32,000 bases of DNA from a bacterium (GTDB taxonomy: Bacteria; UBP6; JAFGXH01): positions 10,530 through 42,529 of the forward strand of contig JAMOQH010000095.1 of the NCBI GenBank assembly GCA_027064085.1, written 5' to 3'. Made by a program: the position numbers and the translations under genes. The notes under the pieces are model-generated. The model was not told the DNA's origin, did not search any database, and was given only the letters and a program-made list of their open reading frames with translations. Shown piece after piece: positions 7,987 to 16,239 of this stretch (the first letter of the stretch is position 1; every line of letters starts with the position of its first letter).

Positions 7987-10029
7987 TTACTCCTTTATAT
8001 AATCTATACCATATCTTTTATACTCTTTTATTAATTGTTTTTGCAAGATTTTATTTGGATTTAAATTATAACTATTCTGCAAGTAAAACAATCCCTTTCT
8101 ATTATTTTTTATTTTTGATAAAACCCAACCATTCAAATAGCTTAAATAACTATCTTTAATAACTATACTATGGTATCTTTTCATCAAGCCTAACATTTTG
8201 TCATATTCTCTAGTTTTAAAGTAAATTTCAATTCTTAAAATATCGATATCATCGCTTATATTTTCTAAATCTTCTATTATTTTTAATGACTTTTCATATT
8301 TTCTTCTTAAAATTAGTAATTTAATGCTATAAAAAATATCAAATTCATCATTTTTAATATATTTTTTTCTTATATTCAAATATTTTCTCATTGCTAAATA
8401 TTTTTTATTTTCATAATAATAAATAACTATCTTATTTAAAACACTTATATCCATCTTTAGTTTTAGAGATTTTTTTAATAGTTTTAGTTTATTTTTATTT
8501 TTAGTTAAAGCTTTAGTATAGTAATATAATTCCTTTTTTTCTATTAATTTATTTACTCCTATTTCATAATCCTTTAAGATAAAAAATAGTAATTTATTAA
8601 TTACTGATATATCTAAAGAAACATTATCATATATGTAATTAAAAATAATTTTTTCAATATCATTAAAACCAAGTATCATTTCATTATAAGGAGATAAAAT
8701 TATTTTTTCTTTTATTGAAAAACTTAAAATATTTGTTCTTTGTTTCGTATACAAAAAAACCTGTATAAATAATTTTACAAATTCTATATTATTATTTAGT
8801 TTTTCATCATATTCAAATATTTTTTTATTATATAGCTCTAAAACATAAGCATTCAACTTATCATAATTATCATCTTCACTTGATATCCTATACAATATTT
8901 TTAAATATATAAAAATTATATCAACATTAAATCTAAAGTTTTCAATCACAGATAATGCTTTTTTATTATCAATTGCAACTTCAGAATAATACTTTGCAAT
9001 CCAATAATTTGCCTTATAGCTGTTCTTTCGGACAATTTTATAAGAATCCAAGTCTAAATACGATTTAAATGCTAAAAAAAACTTAGATCTAAACATTATT
9101 TCCAAAAACAACTCATAAGTACCATCAAGTGTTATATTATTTTTTACAGATTTCATTATATATTTTCTTGCAAGTTTTAAATTGTTTAATTTTAAATAAC
9201 AATCTGCTTTTAAAGTATTAATCAAACCAGCTTTTAATGTAAAAAAAATAGATTTATCATTAATTTCATTTAAAAGATTTATTGCTTCTTGATATTGTTT
9301 AAATTCCATTAAAGTTGTTGAAAGTAGAAATAATGTATAATCATTATTTTTATCATTCTCTTTCAAACTATTTATAATTTCATAAACAGAAAAGATATTA
9401 TTCATGGTGAGTAATTTCTTAACTATATATCGAATAATAGAAATTTCTCTATATTCTAAATATATATTTTGAAAACCTTTAATATACTTAAGGCTATTTT
9501 CTGTATTAAAAAAGTTATCATCATGTTTAATTATATTTTTTATTTTTTTAAATAATGAATAATCCGTTACATACATCTTGTAATCATTTGAATCTTCTTC
9601 TATGCTTATTAAAAGCCTCTCTCCTATATCTTTTAAAACATCAGAAATCATCACTTTATAAGTTTTTTCAAATAAATTTTCGCTTAAAATATAATTTCTA
9701 GTTATTTTTAGTTCTTTATTAATTCCAGTATAAATATGAGAAGTTATTAAATAACTATTTTTCTTTTTTAAAAGATCTATAAATAAGATATAATCAATAG
9801 TTTTATCATTATAAATTTCCAACAAATCATCTATGGAATATTTAGCATACAAATCTTCAGAAACAATACTTCCATTTTTGGTAATCAATTTTACAATACT
9901 TGAAGAGATGTAAATAGTTGTTTCCAATGATAAATGAATAAAAAGCGATAAAGTTTTAGCAAAATAAATATCTTCTTCTACTAAAGATTTTGTTTGAATA
10001 GGGAAAATTGCAATTTTTTTTAAAATCAT
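7987..10029 (-). CDS. Large helical-repeat (TPR-like) protein, unknown function
   Basis: 680-aa ORF that is Asn/Lys/Ile-rich. TPR-like stretches include EFKQYQEAINLLNEI and ADCYLKLNNLKLARKYIMKSV. No signal peptide. It is coupled with a 1-nt gap to both neighbouring genes. Confidence 0.6.
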   Translation of the reverse strand: MILKKIAIFPIQTKSLVEEDIYFAKTLSLFIHLSLETTIYISSSIVKLITKNGSIVSEDLYAKYSIDDLLEIYNDKTIDYILFIDLLKKKNSYLITSHIYTGINKELKITRNYILSENLFEKTYKVMISDVLKDIGERLLISIEEDSNDYKMYVTDYSLFKKIKNIIKHDDNFFNTENSLKYIKGFQNIYLEYREISIIRYIVKKLLTMNNIFSVYEIINSLKENDKNNDYTLFLLSTTLMEFKQYQEAINLLNEINDKSIFFTLKAGLINTLKADCYLKLNNLKLARKYIMKSVKNNITLDGTYELFLEIMFRSKFFLAFKSYLDLDSYKIVRKNSYKANYWIAKYYSEVAIDNKKALSVIENFRFNVDIIFIYLKILYRISSEDDNYDKLNAYVLELYNKKIFEYDEKLNNNIEFVKLFIQVFLYTKQRTNILSFSIKEKIILSPYNEMILGFNDIEKIIFNYIYDNVSLDISVINKLLFFILKDYEIGVNKLIEKKELYYYTKALTKNKNKLKLLKKSLKLKMDISVLNKIVIYYYENKKYLAMRKYLNIRKKYIKNDEFDIFYSIKLLILRRKYEKSLKIIEDLENISDDIDILRIEIYFKTREYDKMLGLMKRYHSIVIKDSYLSYLNGWVLSKIKNNRKGLFYLQNSYNLNPNKILQKQLIKEYKRYGIDYIKE

Positions 10030-10030
10030 C

Positions 10031-10888
10031 CTACTTTTTATAATCTAATGGGTCTTTTACCAAAAGATTAATTTCATATTCGCTTCCTAATTTACAATTA
10101 TAACAAAAGTCAATGTATTCGCCAAATCTATTATCTTTTATTATAGACTTTATAATATCTAAAATTGTTTTATTTATACCAAATGTATCTTTATAATACT
10201 TAATATGCTCAAAAGATGCATTCCTAGCAGTTTTAAGACACGCTTTATCACAAATATCAATAGGTTTATCCAATTGAACTTTTAATGGAGCATTTGTAAT
10301 CATATATGACATCAATAGCCTTGGACCATTTTTAACAGTTATAGGAAAACCATTTGGTGCAATATCTCCTAAATGAGAAGCTTTAAATATTTCATTCTTA
10401 TCAAAATTTTTAAATAAAAACTCATTATTTAAATCTTCAGGAATTCCCCAGTATCCATATTTAGATAATGCATGTAAAAGTAAGTTGTCCGTTTTATCCT
10501 TTTCTAACTTTAGTGATTTGAAATAATTGTTAATATCATTAACAGAAAATTTAAATATAGATTTTGGAATAGGTATATAATAAACAATTATGGATTTAGC
10601 TTCTTTTGTAAAAAAGTTTTCTTTTTTTAATAATTCAGAAATTTTTATTGGCAATTTTTTAATTAGCTTATTATCAGTTTCCTCTATTTTTTCCAATAAA
10701 GTCTTTTTTATAAAAGCAGTATTAAAAGCAGTATAACTAATCTCTAATAAGTTACTTGGATTTGCCAATTTATTAATCTCTTGAATTAAATGATGCATTC
10801 CAACAGGTTTATGCTTTTTGGTGGAAAACTCTTTTAAATCTCCAAGCATTTTATCTTTCCAATTATCAACAACATGCAAGTCTTCCAT
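10031..10888 (-). CDS. Hypothetical protein (285 aa) with a C-terminal 4-Cys cluster
   Basis: Long ORF with an AAGGGGG SD upstream of the ATG. CDKAC ... CYNC may form a zinc-binding pair. I recognise no family. Confidence 0.6.
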   Translation of the reverse strand: MEDLHVVDNWKDKMLGDLKEFSTKKHKPVGMHHLIQEINKLANPSNLLEISYTAFNTAFIKKTLLEKIEETDNKLIKKLPIKISELLKKENFFTKEAKSIIVYYIPIPKSIFKFSVNDINNYFKSLKLEKDKTDNLLLHALSKYGYWGIPEDLNNEFLFKNFDKNEIFKASHLGDIAPNGFPITVKNGPRLLMSYMITNAPLKVQLDKPIDICDKACLKTARNASFEHIKYYKDTFGINKTILDIIKSIIKDNRFGEYIDFCYNCKLGSEYEINLLVKDPLDYKK

Positions 10889-10927
10889 TTGAAGCCCCCT
10901 TAAATTATTAGAAAAATTTTAATTGTG

Positions 10928-11329
10928 TTATTTTTTATCTGATTTTTCTTCTTTTTTCACAGCTTTTTTAGTTTCAGCCTTCTTTTCAGCCTTCTTTTCT
11001 ACTTTTTTAGTTTCTTTTTTAGGTTTTTTAATAGTTTGAGTTATTGCAGTCTTTGAGCCTTTATTTGCATACTTTGCAGCTAAAGAAGACTTCTCTTTAG
11101 ATGTGGACTTAACTAAAATAATTGAAAGACCAATAAAAGCGATTGCAAGATATGCTGTTAATTTATTTAAAAAAGAGCCTGCACCAGCACCACCAAATAC
11201 GGAACCTGTCGATGAGCCTCCATTTCCTCCACCAATAGACCCCATTCCACCGGCACCTGATTGAAGAAGTATGACTATAGTCATAACAATTGCAATTATT
11301 ACATATAAAACTAATAAAAATGTATACAT
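10928..11329 (-). CDS. secG: Preprotein translocase subunit SecG with a long Lys-rich C-terminal tail
   Basis: TM1 plus LLQSGAGGMGSIGGG, a Gly-rich loop and TM2 are typical of SecG. An extra ~60-aa KKxEKK tail follows (aa 74-133). Confidence 0.8.
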   Translation of the reverse strand: MYTFLLVLYVIIAIVMTIVILLQSGAGGMGSIGGGNGGSSTGSVFGGAGAGSFLNKLTAYLAIAFIGLSIILVKSTSKEKSSLAAKYANKGSKTAITQTIKKPKKETKKVEKKAEKKAETKKAVKKEEKSDKK

Positions 11330-11414
11330 TACTACATCCTCCTAACATAAGAACAGTTTTATACCATAAATTATTAATATTTTCAATATTTTATTTTTTT
11401 TAATTACCATAATC

Positions 11415-11442
11415 TTGTAATTACTCATATTTAAACTATAAT
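11415..11442 (+). promoter_or_regulatory. Candidate promoter (TTGTAA-16-TATAAT) of the membrane-protein/HDAC unit
   Basis: TTGTAA at 11415-11420 and TATAAT at 11437-11442. The inverted repeat TAATTAC(11401-07)/GTAATTA(11417-23) overlaps the -35. Confidence 0.35.
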
Positions 11443-11564
11443 TATAAGAAATATTTATTCGTACAGGAGTTCATATTATCAATTACTTTTAAAATAAAAT
11501 TTTGCAGAAAGAAGATTTACGGTGTATAGTATTTAGTGGAGCTTGGATTGAATCAGGAAATAAA

Positions 11565-13109
11565 ATGAACAAAAAACAAAAAAAAGCATTGTTTGTAATC
11601 AAAGAAAATGGAGGTAATATTACACTTCCAGTATTCGCTACCCAAATGAATGCCGGATACCAAGAAGCATCCTATCTATTAAAATCCATAATAAAAAAAT
11701 ATAACTGCAATTTTCTGGTTACTGAAAATGGAGAATTAATTTATGATTTTGGCAAAAACATAAATATAAAGATATCATTATTGGAACAATTTAAAAACAT
11801 AATAGGCTTGCTTTCAATGGTTATAACTGAATTATCTTTTGGATTAATGTACATAACACTAAGATGGACAATCTGGCTACCTATTTATATTACAGGAAAG
11901 TTAATAAAAAAAGACATATCAGATTCAGATAAAATTACCAATATCACTTTAAACGAAATGATAAATACAATACGACCACAAAACCCAAGAATAACAAACT
12001 TCAAAATCCCCGAGGAAAAAGAACTTAAAAATTTTTCCTGCTACTCAAGAATAAAAGCAGAATTTCTTCAAAAGTGGCACATAAATACTTATAAAAAAAA
12101 CAGAGAAAAGGCTTTTATGAGATATGTAGAAAGTGTAGACGGTATTGTTGCACCTATTGAGTGGGCTATTTTATTTAATACAGGTTTACAGGAAGCAGAA
12201 AAGTCTATTACCGACTTATATATCAAATATGAATCTGATATTAGAGTATCAGAATCTGGAGAATTGTTTTTTGATTTCTCTGCAGAACTTGGAAAACATA
12301 AAAAAACTCCGCCTATTCCTGAATTTTATAAAATAGCATTTTTAAAAGCTCTAATTCCTTCAAAAGAAAAAAATCTAATTTATTTCTCTGTTTTAACCAT
12401 TTTATTTTTAGTTAGTTACACAAGCACAGCCCTTATTATTATTTCACTTTTTTCAGATGTACCATCTGTTTCGGCTTGCCTTGACTCAAATACATCAATA
12501 TTCATTATATCAATCCTACCTGGTTTAATAATAATGATGATTAACTGGCCTGCCTATACCTATCCTATGTTTGGAGTCCTTAGCTTAATGCTGATTGCAG
12601 GGTCACTATTACTCTTGCTAGAAATCATATTAAAATTAACAGGAAATACAGAAATTATGGTAAGTATAACAAATTCGCAATTAATGAAAGAAATAAATAA
12701 AAATCATGTAATACCATTAATAATTTTTTCTTCACTATGGCTACTAGGTTCCTTATTAGCCTTTCCTACAGTTCTAATTTCCACTATATTACGAATAATA
12801 TTTATGAAAAAAAATAATTATCTCTTCAAAATGGCCCTTCATTCCTATTTAGTAAAAGACAGTGATAAATCAATACCAATAACTCCTTTTGAGGTAGCTG
12901 AATTTCTGAATCATTATACCTCATACAAAGTACCAATACCATCAAATAAAAGTTTTATTCATATTTTAGATGAATTTAAGGCAGAACTAAGAGATGATAA
13001 ATTTATTTTTTCCATTGTAAATGCCCAAATAACTGCAATTTTAACAGAAAAACCACTACATAAAATTTCTAAAAATCTGGTATATTCGTCAAATGATGAT
13101 GATTTATAA
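11565..13109 (+). CDS. Polytopic membrane protein with duplicated N-terminal wHTH-like modules
   Basis: I prefer the ATG at 11565 (AGGA 6 nt upstream) over the TTG at 11502. Two paralogous ~58-aa modules end ENGELIYDF and ESGELFFDF. Several hydrophobic helices lie in aa ~290-430. Confidence 0.7.
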   Translation: MNKKQKKALFVIKENGGNITLPVFATQMNAGYQEASYLLKSIIKKYNCNFLVTENGELIYDFGKNINIKISLLEQFKNIIGLLSMVITELSFGLMYITLRWTIWLPIYITGKLIKKDISDSDKITNITLNEMINTIRPQNPRITNFKIPEEKELKNFSCYSRIKAEFLQKWHINTYKKNREKAFMRYVESVDGIVAPIEWAILFNTGLQEAEKSITDLYIKYESDIRVSESGELFFDFSAELGKHKKTPPIPEFYKIAFLKALIPSKEKNLIYFSVLTILFLVSYTSTALIIISLFSDVPSVSACLDSNTSIFIISILPGLIIMMINWPAYTYPMFGVLSLMLIAGSLLLLLEIILKLTGNTEIMVSITNSQLMKEINKNHVIPLIIFSSLWLLGSLLAFPTVLISTILRIIFMKKNNYLFKMALHSYLVKDSDKSIPITPFEVAEFLNHYTSYKVPIPSNKSFIHILDEFKAELRDDKFIFSIVNAQITAILTEKPLHKISKNLVYSSNDDDL

Positions 13110-13152
13110 ATTTTTACTAGATTAATTTATAAAAACAATCTATATATTATAC

Positions 13153-14121
13153 ATGAAAGGTAGTTTATTAAAAAAAATTAATAAGAAAAAAATTTTGTTT
13201 CCTATTTGGTTCCAAGTTAAGGTAAATTTATTTTATTCTTTTGAATATCAAATTGATTTTACAGAAAATGGAGCAAGAAGAAGCTTTGATACCTATAAAT
13301 TTTTAAAAATAAGTAGAAAACTTAGAAAAGATAAATTAATAAAATTTAGACATTTAATTAAACCTCAACCTCTAAATGATAGGGATATTTTACTGGCACA
13401 TACTAAAGAATACCTTGAGTGGGTAAAAAAACCACTTAATTTACAACAAATATTAAATACAGACTACTTAACTGAATTTGATGAAGATATATTTAATATT
13501 TTTAGATATATTGCTGGTGGAACTTATGAGGGAGCAGTCTTAGCACTTGAAAACAGAAAGCCTTCTTTTAATCTTTCGGGTGGATTTCATCATGCAAGAG
13601 CAAATAGAGGTGAAGGATTTTGCCCTATTAATGATGTTGCAATTGCAATAAAAAAACTCAAAACTGAAAATAAAATAAAAAAAGCTTTAGTTATAGATTT
13701 AGATTATCATCAGGGAAATGGAACAAGAAATATATTTCTTTACGACGAAAATGTTTTTACATTTTCAATTCATGCAACTCAATGGTGTGATATTGAAGCG
13801 AAATCAGCTCTTGATGTTAATATTGAGACCAATATATCAAATATTGATTATATTAAATTACTAAAAAAGAATTTGGAGATAATAAAAAAGAAATTTACCC
13901 CAGATATAATCTTTTATCTAGCAGGAAGTGATACATTTATAGGTGATGCCTTATGTGATATGAGTTTAAACCTTGAAACATTATTAAAAAGAGATTTAAT
14001 TGTTTGCAACTTTTCAAAAACCTTAAATGTTCCGATTGTTACATTACCCGCAGGAGGTTATGGTGCTAAATCTTGGCAAGTATATTACAACTTTATTAAA
14101 TACTGCTTACTTTATAGATAA
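13153..14121 (+). CDS. Histone deacetylase-family (HDAC11/class IV-like) Zn-dependent deacylase
   Basis: Motifs seen: GGFHHA (His-His dyad), GEGFCPINDVAIA, DLDYHQGNGT (D-x-H metal ligands), AGSDTFIGD and PAGGYG (catalytic Tyr). The N-terminus LFYSFEYQIDF...SFDTYKF resembles HDAC11-type proteins. Confidence 0.85.
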   Translation: MKGSLLKKINKKKILFPIWFQVKVNLFYSFEYQIDFTENGARRSFDTYKFLKISRKLRKDKLIKFRHLIKPQPLNDRDILLAHTKEYLEWVKKPLNLQQILNTDYLTEFDEDIFNIFRYIAGGTYEGAVLALENRKPSFNLSGGFHHARANRGEGFCPINDVAIAIKKLKTENKIKKALVIDLDYHQGNGTRNIFLYDENVFTFSIHATQWCDIEAKSALDVNIETNISNIDYIKLLKKNLEIIKKKFTPDIIFYLAGSDTFIGDALCDMSLNLETLLKRDLIVCNFSKTLNVPIVTLPAGGYGAKSWQVYYNFIKYCLLYR

Positions 14122-15049
14122 AATTATTGATAAGCAATTATTAATAAGAAAAAAATTTAATAAAAAAAGAAAAGCTTTATCTCCATATAGTTTAATGTAT
14201 GAACCTAACATAGATAATTTTGATAACGACTTTAATTTATTTGAAAACAATAATAGATTTTTAAATTTTTACTCAACATACGGAATTAACTTAGCATTAA
14301 AAGAATATGGAATAAAAAAGATACTTAAAAAACAAGGTTTTGAAAATATACTTTATAAAATAAATAAAAATGACTACACTCATACACTTAGTATCTATAA
14401 TGAAGAAATAAATTCAGACCATTTAATATCACAACTAGTTATAACTTTAGATACTAATATATGTTTTTCATATAAAAACTGTAAATCAATGACTATTGAG
14501 TGGTTAAATTTACAAGACTACAGAAAAGTTTTCACAAAGGAAAGAATGAAGCTTCCAGGTCAAAGGTTTCCAGGTTTAGGTTTCGGATTATTAGCATTTG
14601 AACTAATAATACAAATAGCAAGAAGGCTTAATGTTAGATATTTAGTTAATACCCCAAATCATTTTCATAACGCATATATTTATTCTAATTACTTTTCTTT
14701 TAGAAATCCAAACAATAAAGCATGTATTGATATATTAATTTCAGAATTTGAAGGATTATCTCTAGCCTCTTTATCATGGTTAATATATAACGAAACACTA
14801 ATAGAAACAAACAATAAGAAAACTTTTAAATGGACTCCTGATATTATGATTATGCCTGTTTATAGATATAAAGATTTTAACAACTATTTTAAAACAAAAG
14901 AATATCAAGATAGGTACAAGCTATTTTTATCAAGTCATAGTTATAAAATAGACAGCAAAAAGTTTTATAAAAATAAAGATAAATTTCCTAAAATGATACT
15001 TAAAGATATAGAAGAGTACAAAAAAAGAGAAACTCTCAGATTTATTTAA
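14027..15049 (+). CDS. Hypothetical protein downstream of the HDAC; start ambiguous
   Basis: The maximal ORF overlaps the HDAC by 95 nt. Alternative starts are ATG 14060 (AGGAGG only 2 nt upstream) and ATG 14195 (no SD). The LPGQRFPGLGFGLLAFELIIQIARRL segment weakly resembles a GNAT Q/RxxGxG acyl-CoA motif. Confidence 0.6.
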   Translation: MFRLLHYPQEVMVLNLGKYITTLLNTAYFIDKIIDKQLLIRKKFNKKRKALSPYSLMYEPNIDNFDNDFNLFENNNRFLNFYSTYGINLALKEYGIKKILKKQGFENILYKINKNDYTHTLSIYNEEINSDHLISQLVITLDTNICFSYKNCKSMTIEWLNLQDYRKVFTKERMKLPGQRFPGLGFGLLAFELIIQIARRLNVRYLVNTPNHFHNAYIYSNYFSFRNPNNKACIDILISEFEGLSLASLSWLIYNETLIETNNKKTFKWTPDIMIMPVYRYKDFNNYFKTKEYQDRYKLFLSSHSYKIDSKKFYKNKDKFPKMILKDIEEYKKRETLRFI

Positions 15050-15594
15050 AAATCAGTAAAATAATACCATACGCCTGGACTAACTCTTACATTATCCTTT
15101 TCCTGTTTCTTTAAAAAATCATTAACCTCTTCTTTTTTTAATAAAAAAACTTCTATATTTTCACTGAGTTCAAGTTCCTGAATAGGATTTAAGTTTTCTT
15201 TTAGTGTTTCGTCAACCTCCATTGTTACAACCTGAAATGTTGCATCAGTCATTGCCGGATTCATGTCTAAAATAGAACTTACCTTTATTATTTTTCCCGA
15301 GGTAAATCCTGTTTCTTCCTTTAACTCCCTAATTGCATCTTTTGTCACATCAGAATCTTCAACAAGACCAGCCGGAAATCCAATTACAAAATGGCCAACA
15401 GCGGCTCTATATTCCCTTATAATGATAAATCTATTTGAGGGTACTAATTTTGCTATGATAACAACAGCATGTCTTAAATTTTTTCTTCTTACGAAATCCC
15501 AACCATAAGTTTTACCATTTTCATGCTTCCAATTTGCTTTTAAAAGTTGCAACCAGTCACTTTCATATAATAATGTTTCTGATATTTTTTTCAT
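15046..15594 (-). CDS. NUDIX hydrolase (ADP-ribose pyrophosphatase-like)
   Basis: The Nudix box GFPAGLVEDSDVTKDAIRELKEETGF fits GX5EX7REUXEEXGU. 182 aa. Confidence 0.85.
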   Translation of the reverse strand: MKKISETLLYESDWLQLLKANWKHENGKTYGWDFVRRKNLRHAVVIIAKLVPSNRFIIIREYRAAVGHFVIGFPAGLVEDSDVTKDAIRELKEETGFTSGKIIKVSSILDMNPAMTDATFQVVTMEVDETLKENLNPIQELELSENIEVFLLKKEEVNDFLKKQEKDNVRVSPGVWYYFTDF

Positions 15595-15855
15595 AAATAA
15601 TTCCTAATAAATCATACTAATAGATACAAGTATATAACTTTAGAACATAAAATTCCATTTTTAAATTATAAGTTGAAAAGATTAAAAGCTAATTCTTGCT
15701 AATTTTTTCATTTTTTTATATTTCCTACAGAGTATTCCTAGTAACTTCATGTTCTGACTTATCTTCTATTATTTCAACAGCAGGAGAAGGTGTTGTTGGA
15801 GAAGGTGAAATTACACTCTTTATCAAGTGTGAGTAACAACAGGATAAAATAATTA

Positions 15856-16017
15856 CTAAATAGCCCCTGCAATAGTTGGGCAACTATGCCCGGATGCTTT
15901 AACAATATCTAAATAACTAAACTCAATTAAACCATTCTCAAAAGTTCCTAATAAATCTGAAAGACCATCTTGGAGCTTGATTGTTTCTATTTTTCTAAAA
16001 AATTCTGGATATATCAT
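15856..16017 (-). CDS. Short ORF (53 aa from the SD-preceded ATG), probably a truncated remnant of a GHxCP (FmdE-like) protein
   Basis: MIYPEFFRKIETIKLQDGL...ASGHSCPTIAGAI is followed by a double stop (TAG TAA). An AGGAGAGG SD precedes ATG 16017. The other two frames stay open downstream (15725-15855). Confidence 0.35.
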   Translation of the reverse strand: MIYPEFFRKIETIKLQDGLSDLLGTFENGLIEFSYLDIVKASGHSCPTIAGAI

Positions 16018-16068
16018 ATAAATACCTCTCCTAATGATAACCATGTGAAAAAGTATCACCATAAAGTA

Positions 16069-16097
16069 AACATAACCTTATTAATTAAATTTCGCAA
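16069..16097 (-). promoter_or_regulatory. Candidate promoter (TTGCGA-17-TATGTT) of the short ORF
   Basis: On the minus strand, TTGCGA (16097-16092), a 17-nt spacer, then TATGTT (16074-16069). It uses the same -35 hexamer as the giant-gene candidate. Confidence 0.3.
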
Positions 16098-16142
16098 GAA
16101 AATAATAAGTTAAGAGTTTTCCTGTCCCAAAAATTGAGCGAC

Positions 16143-16167
16143 AATTTTGAGATTTTAGCTCAAAATT
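16143..16167 (-). repeat. Conserved-loop intergenic hairpin, copy 4 (AATTTTGAG|CTAAAAT|CTCAAAATT on the minus strand)
   Basis: Perfect 9-bp arms around the invariant 7-nt loop. One arm can alternatively pair with AAAATTG at 16130-16136. Confidence 0.6.
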
Positions 16168-16239
16168 CAATAAAAAATAAATTTTACTATCATAAAATTA
16201 TATTTTTAATTTTTATTTATACTTCTAAGTAAATATTAT

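Noticed and set aside
11163-11348. 61-aa minus-strand ORF overlapping secG.
   Set aside because: It is an alternative frame of the Gly-rich secG region (the translation is W/C/R-rich nonsense). secG in the other frame has the canonical motifs.
15686-15697. Possible fifth, degenerate copy of the conserved-loop hairpin (AAG|CTAATT|CTT within GATTAAAAGCTAATTCTTGC).
   Set aside because: Only 3 bp of arm complementarity are present and the loop differs (CTAATT versus CTAAAAT). This is indistinguishable from chance in AT-rich DNA.
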